This document shows positions 36,200 through 47,990 of a DNA stretch of 64,000 nucleotides, one piece after another; the first letter of the stretch is position 1, and the number at the start of each line of letters is the position of its first letter. The DNA is from Malacoraja senta (Eukaryota), in assembly GCA_038087875.1 (NCBI GenBank), contig CM075990.1:6450001-6514000 (forward strand), given 5' to 3'. Under the pieces are notes generated by a model. The model was not told the origin of the DNA, searched no databases, and worked only from the letters and a program-made list of their open reading frames with translations. A program made the position numbers and the translations under genes.

Positions 36200-37255
36200 T
36201 AGAACAGTATAATACAGGAACAGGTTCTTTGGCTCACAAATTTTGTGCCGAATATGATGAAAAATCAAACTAATCCCTTTTGATTGCATGTGATCCATAT
36301 CCCTTAATTCCCTTCATATCCATGTACCCATCAAAAAGCCTCTTATATGCGATAGTTGTGTCTTTCCATCATCCACCCTGGCATCTACCATTCACCATGT
36401 AAAAAACTTGCCCTTTACATTTAAACTTTAAACTTTCTCTCTCTAACCTTCAAGCCATTTGACACTTCCACCCTGGGAGGAAGGTTCTGACTCTCCACCA
36501 CATCAATGCCTCTCATAATTTTATAAACTTCTATCAGGTCTCCTTTTAGCCTCCCAACACTCCAGAGAAAACGAATCTATCCAAACACTACTTATAAGGA
36601 ATATCCTTTCATTCAGGAAGCATCCTAGTAAAATGCAGACACAAGGAACTGCAGAGTAAAGAAGGATCCAACTCCAAATGTTGCCTATCCATGTTCTCCA
36701 GAGATGTTGCCTGAACTGCTGAGTTATTCCAGCAATATGTTTCTTTTTAAGCATTCTAGTGAATCGCTTTTCCATCCTCTCCAAAGCCTCAATATCCTTC
36801 CTGTAATAAGGTAACCAGAACTGCACAGAATCCTCCAAATGCAACCCAAGCAAAGTGTTATAAAGCTGCAATTTGACTTCCTGACTCTTGCACTCAATGT
36901 TCCAACTAGTGAAGGTAAGAAAGAACACCACATGCTTTCTTTGTCACTCTGACTACCTGTGTTGCTACTTACAGTGAGCTGTGGACCTGGACCCCAAGAC
37001 CACTCTGTGCATCAATGCTGTTAAGGAAACTACCGTAAACTGTGTCGTTTCTCCATACATTTAACCTCCCCAAGTGCAACACCTCACTCTTGCCCAGATT
37101 ATACTCCATCTGCCATTTCTCAGCCTATACCTGTAATTATACATTGTGATAGCTCAGGGTCTGCAACCCCACCAATTTTTATGTCATCTGCAAACTTACT
37201 AACCAATCTATCTACATTTTTATCCAAGTGATTTATATATCTCTCAAATAAGAGA
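36200..37255 (-). mobile_element. CR1 LINE ORF2 RT/C-terminal relic
   Basis: YINHLDKNVDRLVSKFADDIKIGGV and VKLQLYNTLLGLHLEDSVQFWLPYYRKDIEALERMEKRFTRML. A small PLE insert lies at about 36637-36740. Confidence 0.85.
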
Positions 37256-37644
37256 GGTTGCGACATTAATCTCCATGAAACATCCCTAGGCACGGTTTGT
37301 GTGGAATTTACACATTTTCCCTGTGACCGTACGGGTTTCCTTTGAGTGATCTGGTTTACTCTCACATCCTAAATATATGTGGGTCTGTAGGTTAATTATG
37401 TTGCCTCTAGTGTGGAGTGAGTGGATGCAAATGTGGGATAACTAGTGGTTGGCATAGACCCTGTGGGACCTCCTCGAATGAAATTCCTCATATGTTGCAA
37501 AACATACTTGGCTAATAAAGTATTATTGTGTTGTATTGTATATTTTCCATGCTGTATACTTAAATGAATCAATTCATATGGCCACTCCACTACCTCCTTT
37601 TTACTTGCTCTTGGGCCTGAGAAACAACGTCCTTAAGAACTCAT

Positions 37645-37950
37645 TTAAGAATAAGGAGTAAGCCATTTAGAACTGAGACGAGGAAACACTTTTTCTCCCA
37701 GAGAGTGGTGAGTCTGTGGAATTCTCTGCCTCAGAGGGCGGTGGAGGCAGGTTCTCTGGATGCTTTCAAAAGAGAGCTAGATAGGGCTCTTAAAAATAGC
37801 GGAGTCAGGGGATAAGGGGAGAAGGCAGGAACGGGGTACTGATTGGGGATGATCAGCCATGATCACATTGAATGGCGGTGCTGGCTTGAAAGGCCGAATG
37901 GCCTACTCCTGCACCTATTGTCTATTGTCTATTGTCTATTGTCTATTGTC
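37645..37950 (+). mobile_element. Young CR1/HER1 3' fragment with (GTCTATT)n tail
   Basis: Clean CR1 C-terminus, 3' UTR stem and tandem tail. Confidence 0.9.
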
Positions 37951-38029
37951 TTACCTGCACACAAACTGCTCTGACTCCTACTCCCTGGTACGAATATGGC
38001 TAGGACATGTACAATAAATGGAAGGTTTC

Positions 38030-38421
38030 TGAGGAATGGTGATTAATGGAGAGACCTAGGGGTCCAAGTTCATTGTTCCCTGAAAGTGACAACACAGTTA
38101 GATAGGGTGATGACCATTTGGCATGCAGGCCTTCATAGGTCAAGGGCATAGGTTATAAGGGTTGGGATGCTAAGTTGTTTCTTTACAAAATACTGGTGAG
38201 ACCACGCTTGGAGTACCATATACAGTCCTGGTGGCTGCACTGTGAATGTGATTGCACTGGAGAGAGTGCAGAGGAGATTCACCAGGATGTTGTCTGAAAT
38301 GGAGGACATCCATAATGGAGATGGATTGGATAGGCTATGCTTATTTTCCCAGGAGCAAAGAAGGACGAGGGGTGTCCTAACAGAGGTATGTAAAATCACA
38401 AGCGATCCAGATAGGGTAGAC
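38030..38421 (+). mobile_element. CR1 ORF2 relic
   Basis: VIALERVQRRFTRMLSEMEDIHNGDGLDRLCLFSQEQRRTRGVLTEVCKI. Confidence 0.85.
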
Positions 38422-38424
38422 AAT

Positions 38425-38731
38425 GGGGTGGCAGCGGTGGAGTTGCTGTCTTACAGCACCTGAGACCCAGGTTCGATCCTGACTACGGGTGCTATCGGTG
38501 CAGAGTATGTACGATCTCCCCATGACCTCCGTGGATTTTCACCGGGCGCTCCGGTTTCCTCCCGCACTCCAAAGACGTACAGCTTTGTAGGTTAATTTGG
38601 CTGCAGTAAAATAATAAATCGTCCCTAGTGTGTAGGATAGTGCTAGTGTACGGGGATCGCAGATCGGCACGACTTGGTGGGCCGAACGGCATGTTTCCGC
38701 ACTGTATCTCCAAACTAAACTAAGAACTAAA
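38425..38731 (+). mobile_element. HE1-type V-SINE
   Basis: A/B boxes, V-domain, tail. Confidence 0.9.
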
Positions 38732-38884
38732 CATAGAGTTGCATCAACAAAGCATAGATGGAGCTGGCTTAATAGAATGGGTGTAGATGGGCAATAGAAT
38801 GGGTGTAGATGGGCAAAAAAAGGTTGGCATGAATGTGGTGGGCCGAGTGGCAGTTTTCTGTGCTGTACAACTCAAGAACTAAAG

Positions 38885-39446
38885 GTACACAAAAATGCTG
38901 GAGAAACTCAGCGGGTGCAGCATCATCTATGGAGTGAAGGAAATAGGCAACGGGAGAAGAAAGGATAAAGGCGGAGGAGGAGCCCGAGGGCTGAGGGATG
39001 GGAGGAGACAGCCCGAGGGCTGAGGAAGGGGAGGAGCCAGCATGGGCTAACAAAATAGGGAGAATTCAACTCTTCAACTCCCCCTCCCATTCCGTATCCG
39101 ACCTCACTGTCCCCAGGATGCAGGCTCCCCAAGCGGAATATGAGGTGCTGTTCCTCCAATTTCCGGTGTTGCCCGCTCTGGCCATGGAGGAGACCCAGGA
39201 CAGAGAGGTCGGATACGGAATGGGAGGGGGAGTTGAAGTGCTGAGCCACCGGGAGGTCAGGTTGGTTATTGCGGACCGAGCGGAGGTGTTTGGCGAAACG
39301 ATCGCCAAGCTTGGTCTCACTGATGTAGATCAGCTGACATCTAGAGCAACGGATGCAATAGATGAGGTTGGAGGAGATGCAGGTGAACCTCTGTCGCACC
39401 TGGAACGACTGCTTGGGTCCTTGAATGGAGTCGAGGGGGGAGTGAT
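38885..39446 (-). mobile_element. Neptune-type Penelope element 3' part encoding the GIY-YIG endonuclease domain
   Basis: LDSIQGPKQSFQVRQRFTCISSNLIYCIRCSRCQLIYISETKLGDRFAKHLRSVRNNQPDLPVAQHFNSPSHS...LEEQHLIFRLGSLHP. Confidence 0.92.
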
Positions 39447-40404
39447 CTAGAGCTAATCCTTGAACAGAAATGAAAACTAGACACAGTGATCTCCCAATGC
39501 ACGAGTCCGATCCTTCAGATTAATTCCTGTTTATTTTTTCATCCAGAATGATGAGTAGTTCCACCTCCTAACCACTCAGATCTCTCTGCAAAACCGTGCA
39601 TCCGAAGAGAATGTGTATAAAAAAAAAGATCATGAAGCTCCAGAATTTTAACTTTGTTATTCCCGGAAATCTCGACTGAACTATAACCCCTCAGGACAGT
39701 TTGCGGAGTCTTGTTTCTGAAAGAAAGACCACAGGACTGGCCCAACCACTTTGAAGCATAAACACAATGTTAATGGAGGAAATGCTGCAACCACTTTGGA
39801 CTCAGGATGATGCCACAAACAGCAACATGAGAATACTCTTCTCCTGACCACAAATGTCATTTGCTTATTGCATAACAAAATAAAATGCTGAGAAATTAAT
39901 GCAACATATCTGAGGCAGACAACACCCCGAGCCAAGCATATCATTTACCCTGGCTTAAGAAATTATGGCGTAATCTTCCTGTTTAAGTAAGAATAGCCTA
40001 TATTTTTTGTGGCGTTACTTTAGAAAGCATTAACAGAATCACTTTCTGAAACAAGGCATTCTGATTCATTCTCGACCACCTACAGAAATTTTTTCAAACC
40101 GATTATATTCTCATGATAAGGAGAATTTTTTCATTCCCTCAAGACACAGAAGAAGGCCATTTGGTCCTTCAGGCCTCAGGAGCCTTTGTAACAGCCCCAT
40201 TCCTTGACTTATCTCCCTGCAATCTATTCTCTCTCACTCACTCCTTAACTCCTATCAGTCTATCCTACCAGTGTTGGACAATGGAATGACAGTAGCCCAC
40301 CAGAGTTATTGTCAGATAGATAGGAACTTACTGCTTGTAGGGAAATATTATCATCAAAGAGGTTGTCCTGGAGTAAAACACTGCCACAGGAGCACCGTCT
40401 GAAG

Positions 40405-40495
40405 TCTGAAGTCTGAAGAAGGATCTCAACCTGAAACGTCACCCATTCCTTCTCTCCAGAGATGCTGCCTGTCCCGCTGAGTTACTCCAACATCT
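40405..40495 (+). mobile_element. Solo PLE terminal repeat
   Basis: ctgaagaaggatctcaacctgaaacgtcacccattcc (motif at 40413-40440). Confidence 0.8.
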
Positions 40496-40611
40496 CTAGT
40501 TCTTTCCTACACCATTCTACTAATGGTGGTGCTGATCCTGGATGGACCAGGGTTTTCACATCCTAGGTCAGGGACTCCAAAACCTTGACACACCCATCCT
40601 CCCTATCCATG

Positions 40612-41270
40612 TAAGTTCATAAGTTCTAGGAGCAGAATTAGGCCATTCTGCCCATCGTCAACTCTGCCATCCAATCATGGATTTTCTATTTTTCCCTCTC
40701 AACCCCGTTCTCCTGCCCACCCTATAACCCCTGACAACCTCACGAATCAAGAATGTGAATCTCCATCTCAAAAATATCCATAGACTTGGCCTCCACATTC
40801 GTCAGGGGCAATGAATCATCATCCTCTGACCAAAGAAATTCCTCCTCATCTCCTTTCTAAAGGTACATCCTTTTATTCTGAGATCATAGGGTCATAAGTG
40901 ATAGGAATAGAATTTGGCCATTCGGCCCATCATGTCTACTCTGCCATTGCTGATCTATCTCTCCCTCCTAACCCCATTTTCCTGCCTTCTCCCCATAACC
41001 ACTGACAACTATACTAATCAACAATCTATCTGTCTCTGCCTTAAATAGCCAGAGGCTTGGCCACTGGTCATAAGGTCATGTTCAAAAGGAATAGTAGCAG
41101 AATTAGGTTATTCGGCCCATCAAGTCTACTCCGCCATTCAATCATGGCTGATCTATCTCTCCCTCCCAACCCCATTCTTCTGCCTTCTCCCCATAACCTC
41201 TGACACCTGCACTAATCCTAGACTCTGCCACCAGTGGAAACATCTTCTCCACATTCACTCTATCCAGGCC
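40612..41270 (-). mobile_element. Cluster of three nested or tandem CR1 3' fragments
   Basis: Repeated gaattaggccattcggcccatc...cctgccttctccccataacc at about 40635, 40910 and 41100. Confidence 0.8.
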
Positions 41271-42606
41271 AGGGAAGTGGAAAGTGGGGCTGTGTGTGTG
41301 TGTCGGCTGTTGATGTTTGAGCATCAGTCTGGGGAAAGAGCAGCCAGCTCCGGCCCCTCTATAGACTGCGGCAGCCTGCATTCAAACCCATCCGCTCAGC
41401 ATTACTTGTTGGTCTGTCTGTGGGTGAGCTTCCCTGCTGATAGGAAAATGCTGAATCCTGCCCTCCCAAAGGAAGACAGTCTCTGCAAATAAAATACATT
41501 GCAGACATAACATGAGCTGGAGCTGATTTCTTCAGCTTCTTTGTCAATGCAAAGGAAGAGTAGACCAACATTGATGTCTGATTTTTAAGCTGTAAATTCT
41601 TCTGAGGATACGTAAGCAATAAAATTACTCTCAGTGGTCCTTTTAAATTCCCTATGTCTATTGCACCCCTCTGTTACAAAGAGAAGATATATATATATTT
41701 ATACATTATTCAGTACATTTATTCTTCCCAGGATTTAACCACTATAGAAATGTTTGTTTTATTCAAAGCTTACTATAAAATTACAAACAATCAAAATGAA
41801 TCAAAAAGGGATTTACAATGAAGATATAGAAACTGAAAGGTTATACGAGTTGTGTCTGCATTCTCAAGAGCAATGAGTTTATAAAGCTCTGTATAGTTAA
41901 TGGGGAGATTGAAAAGCTAGACAGGGAGTAGGTGTTTGCATGCCGGAGAAGTCAGATTTTGAGGCCATAACTAAATGATAGTCTCAGGTCAATAGGTGAC
42001 CCAAAACATCGCTTATCCATGTTCTCCAGAGATGCTGCCTAACCTGCTGAGTTACTCACTTTACACTTTACAGTTTAGTTTATTGTCACGTGTACCGAGG
42101 TGCAGTGAAAAGCTTTTGTTGCATGCTATCCAGCAGAAAGACAATACATGATTACAATCCAGCCATTTACACTGTATAGCTACATGATAAGGGAAGAACG
42201 TTTAGTGCAAGGTAAAGCCAGCAAAGTCCGAGCAAGGAAGATCTTTAGTCCGAGGGGCACCAAAGAAGGAGATTGTAGTTCGGCACTGCTCTCTGGTTGT
42301 GGCAGAATATCATTTCCTCCAGCACTTTGTGTTATTTTGTGTACAAACTGGCACCTGCAGTTCCTTGTTTCGTCACCTGGAGAGTGGTTGGAGTGAGTCT
42401 TGATGGTGATCTGGTGAGTGGGTGCTTCCATTCAGGAGAAACCTAATGAGCATTTGATGGCGAAAGGCGTAGGTGGACTTGTTGATGGAATATGAAGGGG
42501 GCAGGTTTCAGTAGTGTGGAAATAACACTATACAGAAGCTGGGCTTTGTCTGCACTATGCTGTACTTTACATGAGGTGCTGGCCATGAAACTGTCATTCA
42601 AGGAGT

Positions 42607-42862
42607 GTTGGAAGGAACTGCAGATGCTGGTTTACACCAAAGATAGACAGAAAATGCTGGAGTAACTCAGGTGGTCAGGCAGCATCTCTGGAAAAAAGGA
42701 ATAGATAATGTTTCGGGTCGAGACCCTTCTTCAGACTGAGAGTCAAGGAAGAGGGAAACTGGAGATGCGAAGAGGTACAAAGAACGAATGAATGGAAGGT
42801 ATGAAAAAGACAAATCCAAGCCAGCAACGATGCTCAAGGAAAGGTGGAACCCACAATGTAGT
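42607..42862 (-). mobile_element. PLE 3' UTR plus terminal repeat with 11 bp TSD
   Basis: attcaaggagt at 42596-42606 and 42863-42873. Hammerhead motif at 42707-42734. Confidence 0.9.
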
Positions 42863-42897
42863 ATTCAAGGAGTCATTGCTTTCCCATTGCTTAAGTG

Positions 42898-43346
42898 GGG
42901 CTCAGCTGGACCGGGCGCTGTTCCACGAGGCCGAGCACATGGACCGCATGCGGCCTACAGCAGCGGAGGACACCACGGCTACGCTTGGCCAGGCCGACCC
43001 TGCAGGACAACAGACATTCATGGTCAGATCAAGATCCCTGCACTTACAACAACTGGGACTTGAAAAAGGTGTCAAACAGGCGCCTCTGTATACTGTCTCA
43101 GTGTATTACTACTGTACACATGTACTGTATCTGAGATGCTTATCTAATAGGTATCTCTGGTATTTAATTTAATTCACATGTTTAATCAATAATGTTTCAT
43201 TATTAATGTTTAATGTTTTATGTGTCATTCCTAACTGTCACTGTATGTCATGTTGTCACTTGCGGGCGGAGCACCAAGGCAAATTCCTTGTATGTGAATA
43301 CTTGGCCAATAAACTTATTCTTATTCATTCATTCATTCATTCATTC
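42898..43346 (+). mobile_element. Unassigned non-LTR retroelement fragment ending in (ATTC)n
   Basis: 6 bp TSD taagtg (42892-42897 / 43347-43352), CpG-rich 5' part, aataaa plus (attc)n tail. The same tail is reversed at 62005-62118. Confidence 0.7.
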
Positions 43347-43633
43347 TAAGTGCATATGTATAGTATTATTTGTACTGTACTGTATACAAAAATGATCACT
43401 GCACCTCGGTACATGTGCCATATAAAGTATCATACAATACCATTCCCTACTGGACAGCCAGACGCAGTTATGTTGGCCGCTGTATAGCTGTCAGCTTCTG
43501 CACACTCCCAGTGCTGGTGCTGTCGTCCCAGAGATCTTTCCTACTACGGCACAAAGCATTCTTCCCAAATGCTGAAACATTTGACTGTGGTCTGCTTCAT
43601 GTATCAGTCAGCCATCACCCATGGCCACAAGTC

Positions 43634-43940
43634 AGCACGGTGGTGCAGCGGTAGAGTTGCTGCCTTACAGCGCTTGCAAGGCAAGACTCGGGTTCGATCC
43701 AGACTACGGGTGCTGTCTATACGGAGTTTGTCCGTTCTCCATGGGTTTTCTCCGAGATCTTCGGTTTCCTCCCACACTCCAAAGATGTACAGATTTGTAG
43801 GTTAATTGGCTTGGCATAAATGTAATTTGTCCCTTGTGTGTGTAGGATAGTGTTAATGTGTGGGGATCGCTGGTCTGTGCGTTCTCGGTGGGCCAAAGGG
43901 CCTGTTTCCGTGCTGTATCTCTAAACTAAACTGAACTAAA
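43634..43940 (+). mobile_element. HE1-type V-SINE
   Basis: A/B boxes, V-domain, tail. Confidence 0.9.
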
Positions 43941-44719
43941 ATGGTACAGGACTCCTGGGCAGTTCCTCACAGTCCAGGAACCTTTATAACATCCACTGCT
44001 GATGTGGATGAGACAAACCAACTTGACTGGTCAAGGCAACATCTGTGGGGGAGAAACAATTAAATGTTAATTCTGTTTCTTTTTCTACACATGCTGTTTG
44101 ACCTGCTGAGTTTTCCCAACATTTCCTGCTTTTATAAATTAAAATCAAAATTAGTGAAATCCAAAGTAATTTTTTTGTCATTTTATTTCAGATTTCCAGC
44201 ACATGCAGTTATTCTTGGATTTTTTATTAAATTTTGTTCAAACCTTCTTCTTCTGGAAGAATCCCCCTTCCCCACCCCTGCCCCCACCCCTACCCCCAAT
44301 CCCCATCCCCATTATCTTATCCTTCCTTGTCTATTCCATCTGTCCAGTTATAATTTAAAAAAAAATCCTCAATCATTTACAGTCGATCAATGGAATTCAC
44401 ATTAAGTAAACCTTTATGTAGGTCCAGTCCTTTTCTGGTTTGTTCTGTTCACCAGGAAAATAGATGGCAGACTCAAGCATTTGGGGCAGTTTAATAGCAC
44501 GGCTAAAGCCGCTACCTCACAGCACCAGAGCCTTAGGTTCAATCTTGACCTCAGGTGTTGTCTGTGAGGAGTTTTCATGATCCTCTGGGTGATTGGTTTT
44601 CCTCCAACCTCCCAAAGAAGGGTTGGAAGCCCCTGCAAATTGTCCCCATTAGGTGACCCGAAACATCGCTTATCCATAGAGCGGTAGAATCTGGAGGGAA
44701 ATGAGTTCAGTGTGAGTTG

Positions 44720-45130
44720 TGTTTAGTTTATTGTCATGTGAACTGAGGTACAGTGAAAAGCTTTTGTTGCATGCCAACCAGTCAGCGGAAGGACAACACA
44801 TGATTACAATGGAGCTATCCATACTGGACAGATATATAATAAAGGGAATAACATGAACAATGTTTAGTGCAAGGTACAGCCCAGTAAAGTTCAATCAAAA
44901 ATAGTCCGAGGGTTTCCAATGATGGTAGCTTAGGACTGCTCTCTATTTGTTGGTAGGATGGTTCAGTTACCTGATAACAGCTGGGAAGAAACTGTCTCTG
45001 AATCTGCAGGTGTGCGTTTTCACACTTCTATTCCTTTTGCCTAATAGGAGAAGGGAGAAGTTGTAGTGGCCGGGGTGCGACTCGTCCTTGATTATGCTGC
45101 TGGCCTTGCCGAGGTAGCATGAGGTGCTGA
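44720..45130 (-). mobile_element. Rex1/Babar LINE 3' end
   Basis: The reverse strand reads LGKASSIIKDESHPGHYNFSLLLLGKRNRSVKTHTCRFRDSFFPAVIR, followed by the tail. Confidence 0.85.
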
Positions 45131-45335
45131 CGAGAATGTAGGGGCATTTTTTAAAAATGGGATTAATGTAGGGTTGGTGTAAATTGGTGGTTGATGGTCA
45201 GAATGGGCTTGACGGGCTGAAGGGCCTGTTTGTGTGCCTATACTTTTTTGACTCATTACCAACTCTCACCCCAAGGTAAATGAATGGGAAAGCCATTCTC
45301 ATAAGCTTCAGCACATCCCCTGTGGAAGAAAGTTA

Positions 45336-45654
45336 AGGCCTTGTCCCACTTTCCTGAGTTACTCACGAATTCTCCCGCGTTTTCCCCTTGATTCAAACTC
45401 GGAGAATGTCCGTAGCGAGTCCGTAGGAGGCCGTAGGAGTCCGTAGATATTTCGTAGCGGCTCGTTATGCCAGCCGTAGGTACTTGGGGTATCAGGTAGG
45501 TCGGGACATTTTTTCAGCATGTTGAGAAATGTCCACGAGTAAAAATAATAGCCCCAAGTACCTACGGCTGTCTATTACCGTAATTCTCCAAGTTTGAATT
45601 AAGGGGAAAACCCGGGAGCATTCGTGAGTAATTCGGGAACGTGGGACAGGGGCT
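45336..45654. mobile_element. PIF/Harbinger-type MITE (319 bp)
   Basis: Imperfect TIRs of about 70 bp starting ag.cc.tgtcccac. TTA TSD at 45333-45335 / 45655-45657. Internal CCGTAG repeats. Confidence 0.88.
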
Positions 45655-47599
45655 TTACTGCTTCAGAAATCAATCTAAGCTTTAACACATCCCCTGTGTG
45701 AGAAGGTTGGTGAGCCAGAAATTAATGTTAGTATTAAAATATTTTCCATGTAGTACCAAAGGAATACTTTTACAGTTTATATGTACATGCAATGTCCTTT
45801 ATGCAACAAATGCAATTATGTCATTACTTTTGTTTTGAAAAATGCAGCAATCAAAACAACTTAATTAAATTCAGCAACCAAAGAGTATTGTTCTAACATT
45901 TCATAACCCTCTGAAGTTAGTGAAATGTCCGCCACCCCCCGACATGCCACACACCACACACAGACACATGAAAATCTATCTTGATCCCAATCACTTTGCA
46001 GGCTTTACGTTCCACTGTATCGAACAATTTGCCAAAACACATATTGACAATAGTACTGATGTAATATTCCTGTGTCTGACGGTAAATGAAATGTTTGAGA
46101 ATGCTTGTATAGGGTTTCCATGAACTCTTTGGGACTGTGACCAGTTTGGCACCCGGAGGAAGGCAGCTTTTGATCTTTGGTTATCTGTCAGTCATAATTA
46201 GCTTCCCACTAGCTGCGTGTCTCTGTACTGCTGGCAATTTGAATGATCACTCTCAGTATGGGACTGCCTTTTGTGGTTATATCACTGGATAATGTACCAT
46301 GTCTCAGCGAAGAGCCTTATAACTCTTTCGTCTTCGCATATTTATTGCTAAGAACCGCTGATCATTCTTGTTTTTATGGGCTGCCCTGTTCCCTGCTAAC
46401 TTTCCTTTTCATTGTGACCAGACGAAATGCAAAATGTTTATACACTGAAGCTTTTAAATACGTTAGAACATGAAAAGTCAGGAGTGATGAGCCTTGTTGG
46501 TTACAGATTTGAAATTCTCAGGGAATCCTTGAGGGGAAATGGGTGAACAGTGTTTAATTTGATTGCGTATCAGTTTGCTGAATTGTGTAAAACCCAACGG
46601 CTTTTACGATCAATGGATAGTTACTGAGAGATGGGGCTCCTAGTTGTGTTTCCTCAGTGTTTACCTGGTTTCTGGATGAAAGAATCAGAGTGCATAATGT
46701 TCTTAATCAGGCCCTTGCCTGAAACCAGAAAATGAAGCATACTTGCGAGCTCTTTGAGGAAGTTGAAAAGAACTGAACTACGTTGCATATTGTCATGTCT
46801 CTTGATTGATGATGATGAAAGCTAGCCCGAACGGAGGGAGTCTATCTGATTGACTTGTTGTAACTGACTTCTTGCACCTAAGATGCATTTTACTCGATAG
46901 GTCAGGCTACTCATTTGACCCTTGAACCTCCCTTGCAGTCCGCGTCCTCCATTTCTTAAACCACGAGAAAAAAGGAGTCCCCCTTCCTAAGAAAACGCTC
47001 TTTGTGAATGAAAAGGCTGCAGAAATAGGGCGTTGTCAGATCCTCAGAACTTCCCTGAAAAAAGGCCTGACTCCTCCTTCAGGGCAATGCTGTCATGTGC
47101 TGTGTATCATTGTAAGGAGGTGACTTTGAAATGCAAGAGCAAAAGGCCAGAGGTCTTCATCGTAAAGCCCCCGAGCCTGGCTTCAGGCTAAGAGTGCAAC
47201 AGTGGTCCATCAATTACCACGGGAGTGGTGTTAAAAAGCAGTGGCACTCACACTTGGCTCCCACAGCACTGAATCTCAGCTTCTGTGAAGTTAACTGGTA
47301 CTGCAAACCTTTGAAAAAAATAAAATAACCCGAATGAACCTTACAGAACTTTCCACCCGGAGTTGTTTGGGGCAACAACTTCAGCGACAAGACGAGAATT
47401 CCACTCTGTTTTCCATTTCCAATCACTGTTGTTAAATACATCCATGGCCGCCTAAATCAGACACTACAGCTTGTTAACTGTGCATCTCTCTGAGCTGCAA
47501 AGTCCCATTGCTTCTAGTTATTACGTTCAAAACAATCATTGGAAGAACCAGTATGATTCGGCATTTTGGCCTCAATCTTCAGTTGTGTGCTTGCATATA

Positions 47600-47990
47600 A
47601 TATGATGTAATGTGTATGTGTGTTGTGTGTTGTATAGTGTATATGTTGTGTGTGTTGTGTGTTGTATAGTGTATATGTTGTGTGTGTGTGTGTGTTGTGT
47701 GTTGTATAGTGTATATGTTGTGTGTGTTATGTGTTGTATAGTGTATATGTTGTGTGTGTGTGTGTTGTATGTTATAAGGTGTGTATAGTGTGTGTGTGTG
47801 TGTGTATAGTGTGTGTGTTGTTGTAAGTTGTGTAGTGTGTATGGTGTGTGTCTGTGTGTGGGATATGTGTGATGTGTGTCGTGCGTGTGTTATGTAGTGT
47901 ATATAGTGTGTGTGTGTGTTGTATGTTATGTAGTATATGTAGTGCATGTGTGTGTTGTATGTTAAGTAGTGTAGAGCGTGTGTGTGGACA
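47600..47990. repeat. TG/TA-rich low-complexity minisatellite
   Basis: Repeated tgtgttgtatagtgtatatgttgtgtg units mixed with (TG)n. Confidence 0.9.

Noticed and set aside
38771..38815. 22 bp tandem duplication aatagaatgggtgtagatgggc
   Set aside because: Ordinary slippage within a decayed CR1 tail.
38998..39450. 150 aa plus-strand ORF
   Set aside because: Antisense shadow of the PLE GIY-YIG region.
45302..45708. About 33 bp imperfect direct repeat (taagctt..cacatcccctgtg..agaa.gtt) on either side of the MITE
   Set aside because: Not a TSD (the true TSD is TTA). It is an older local tandem duplication that the MITE split.
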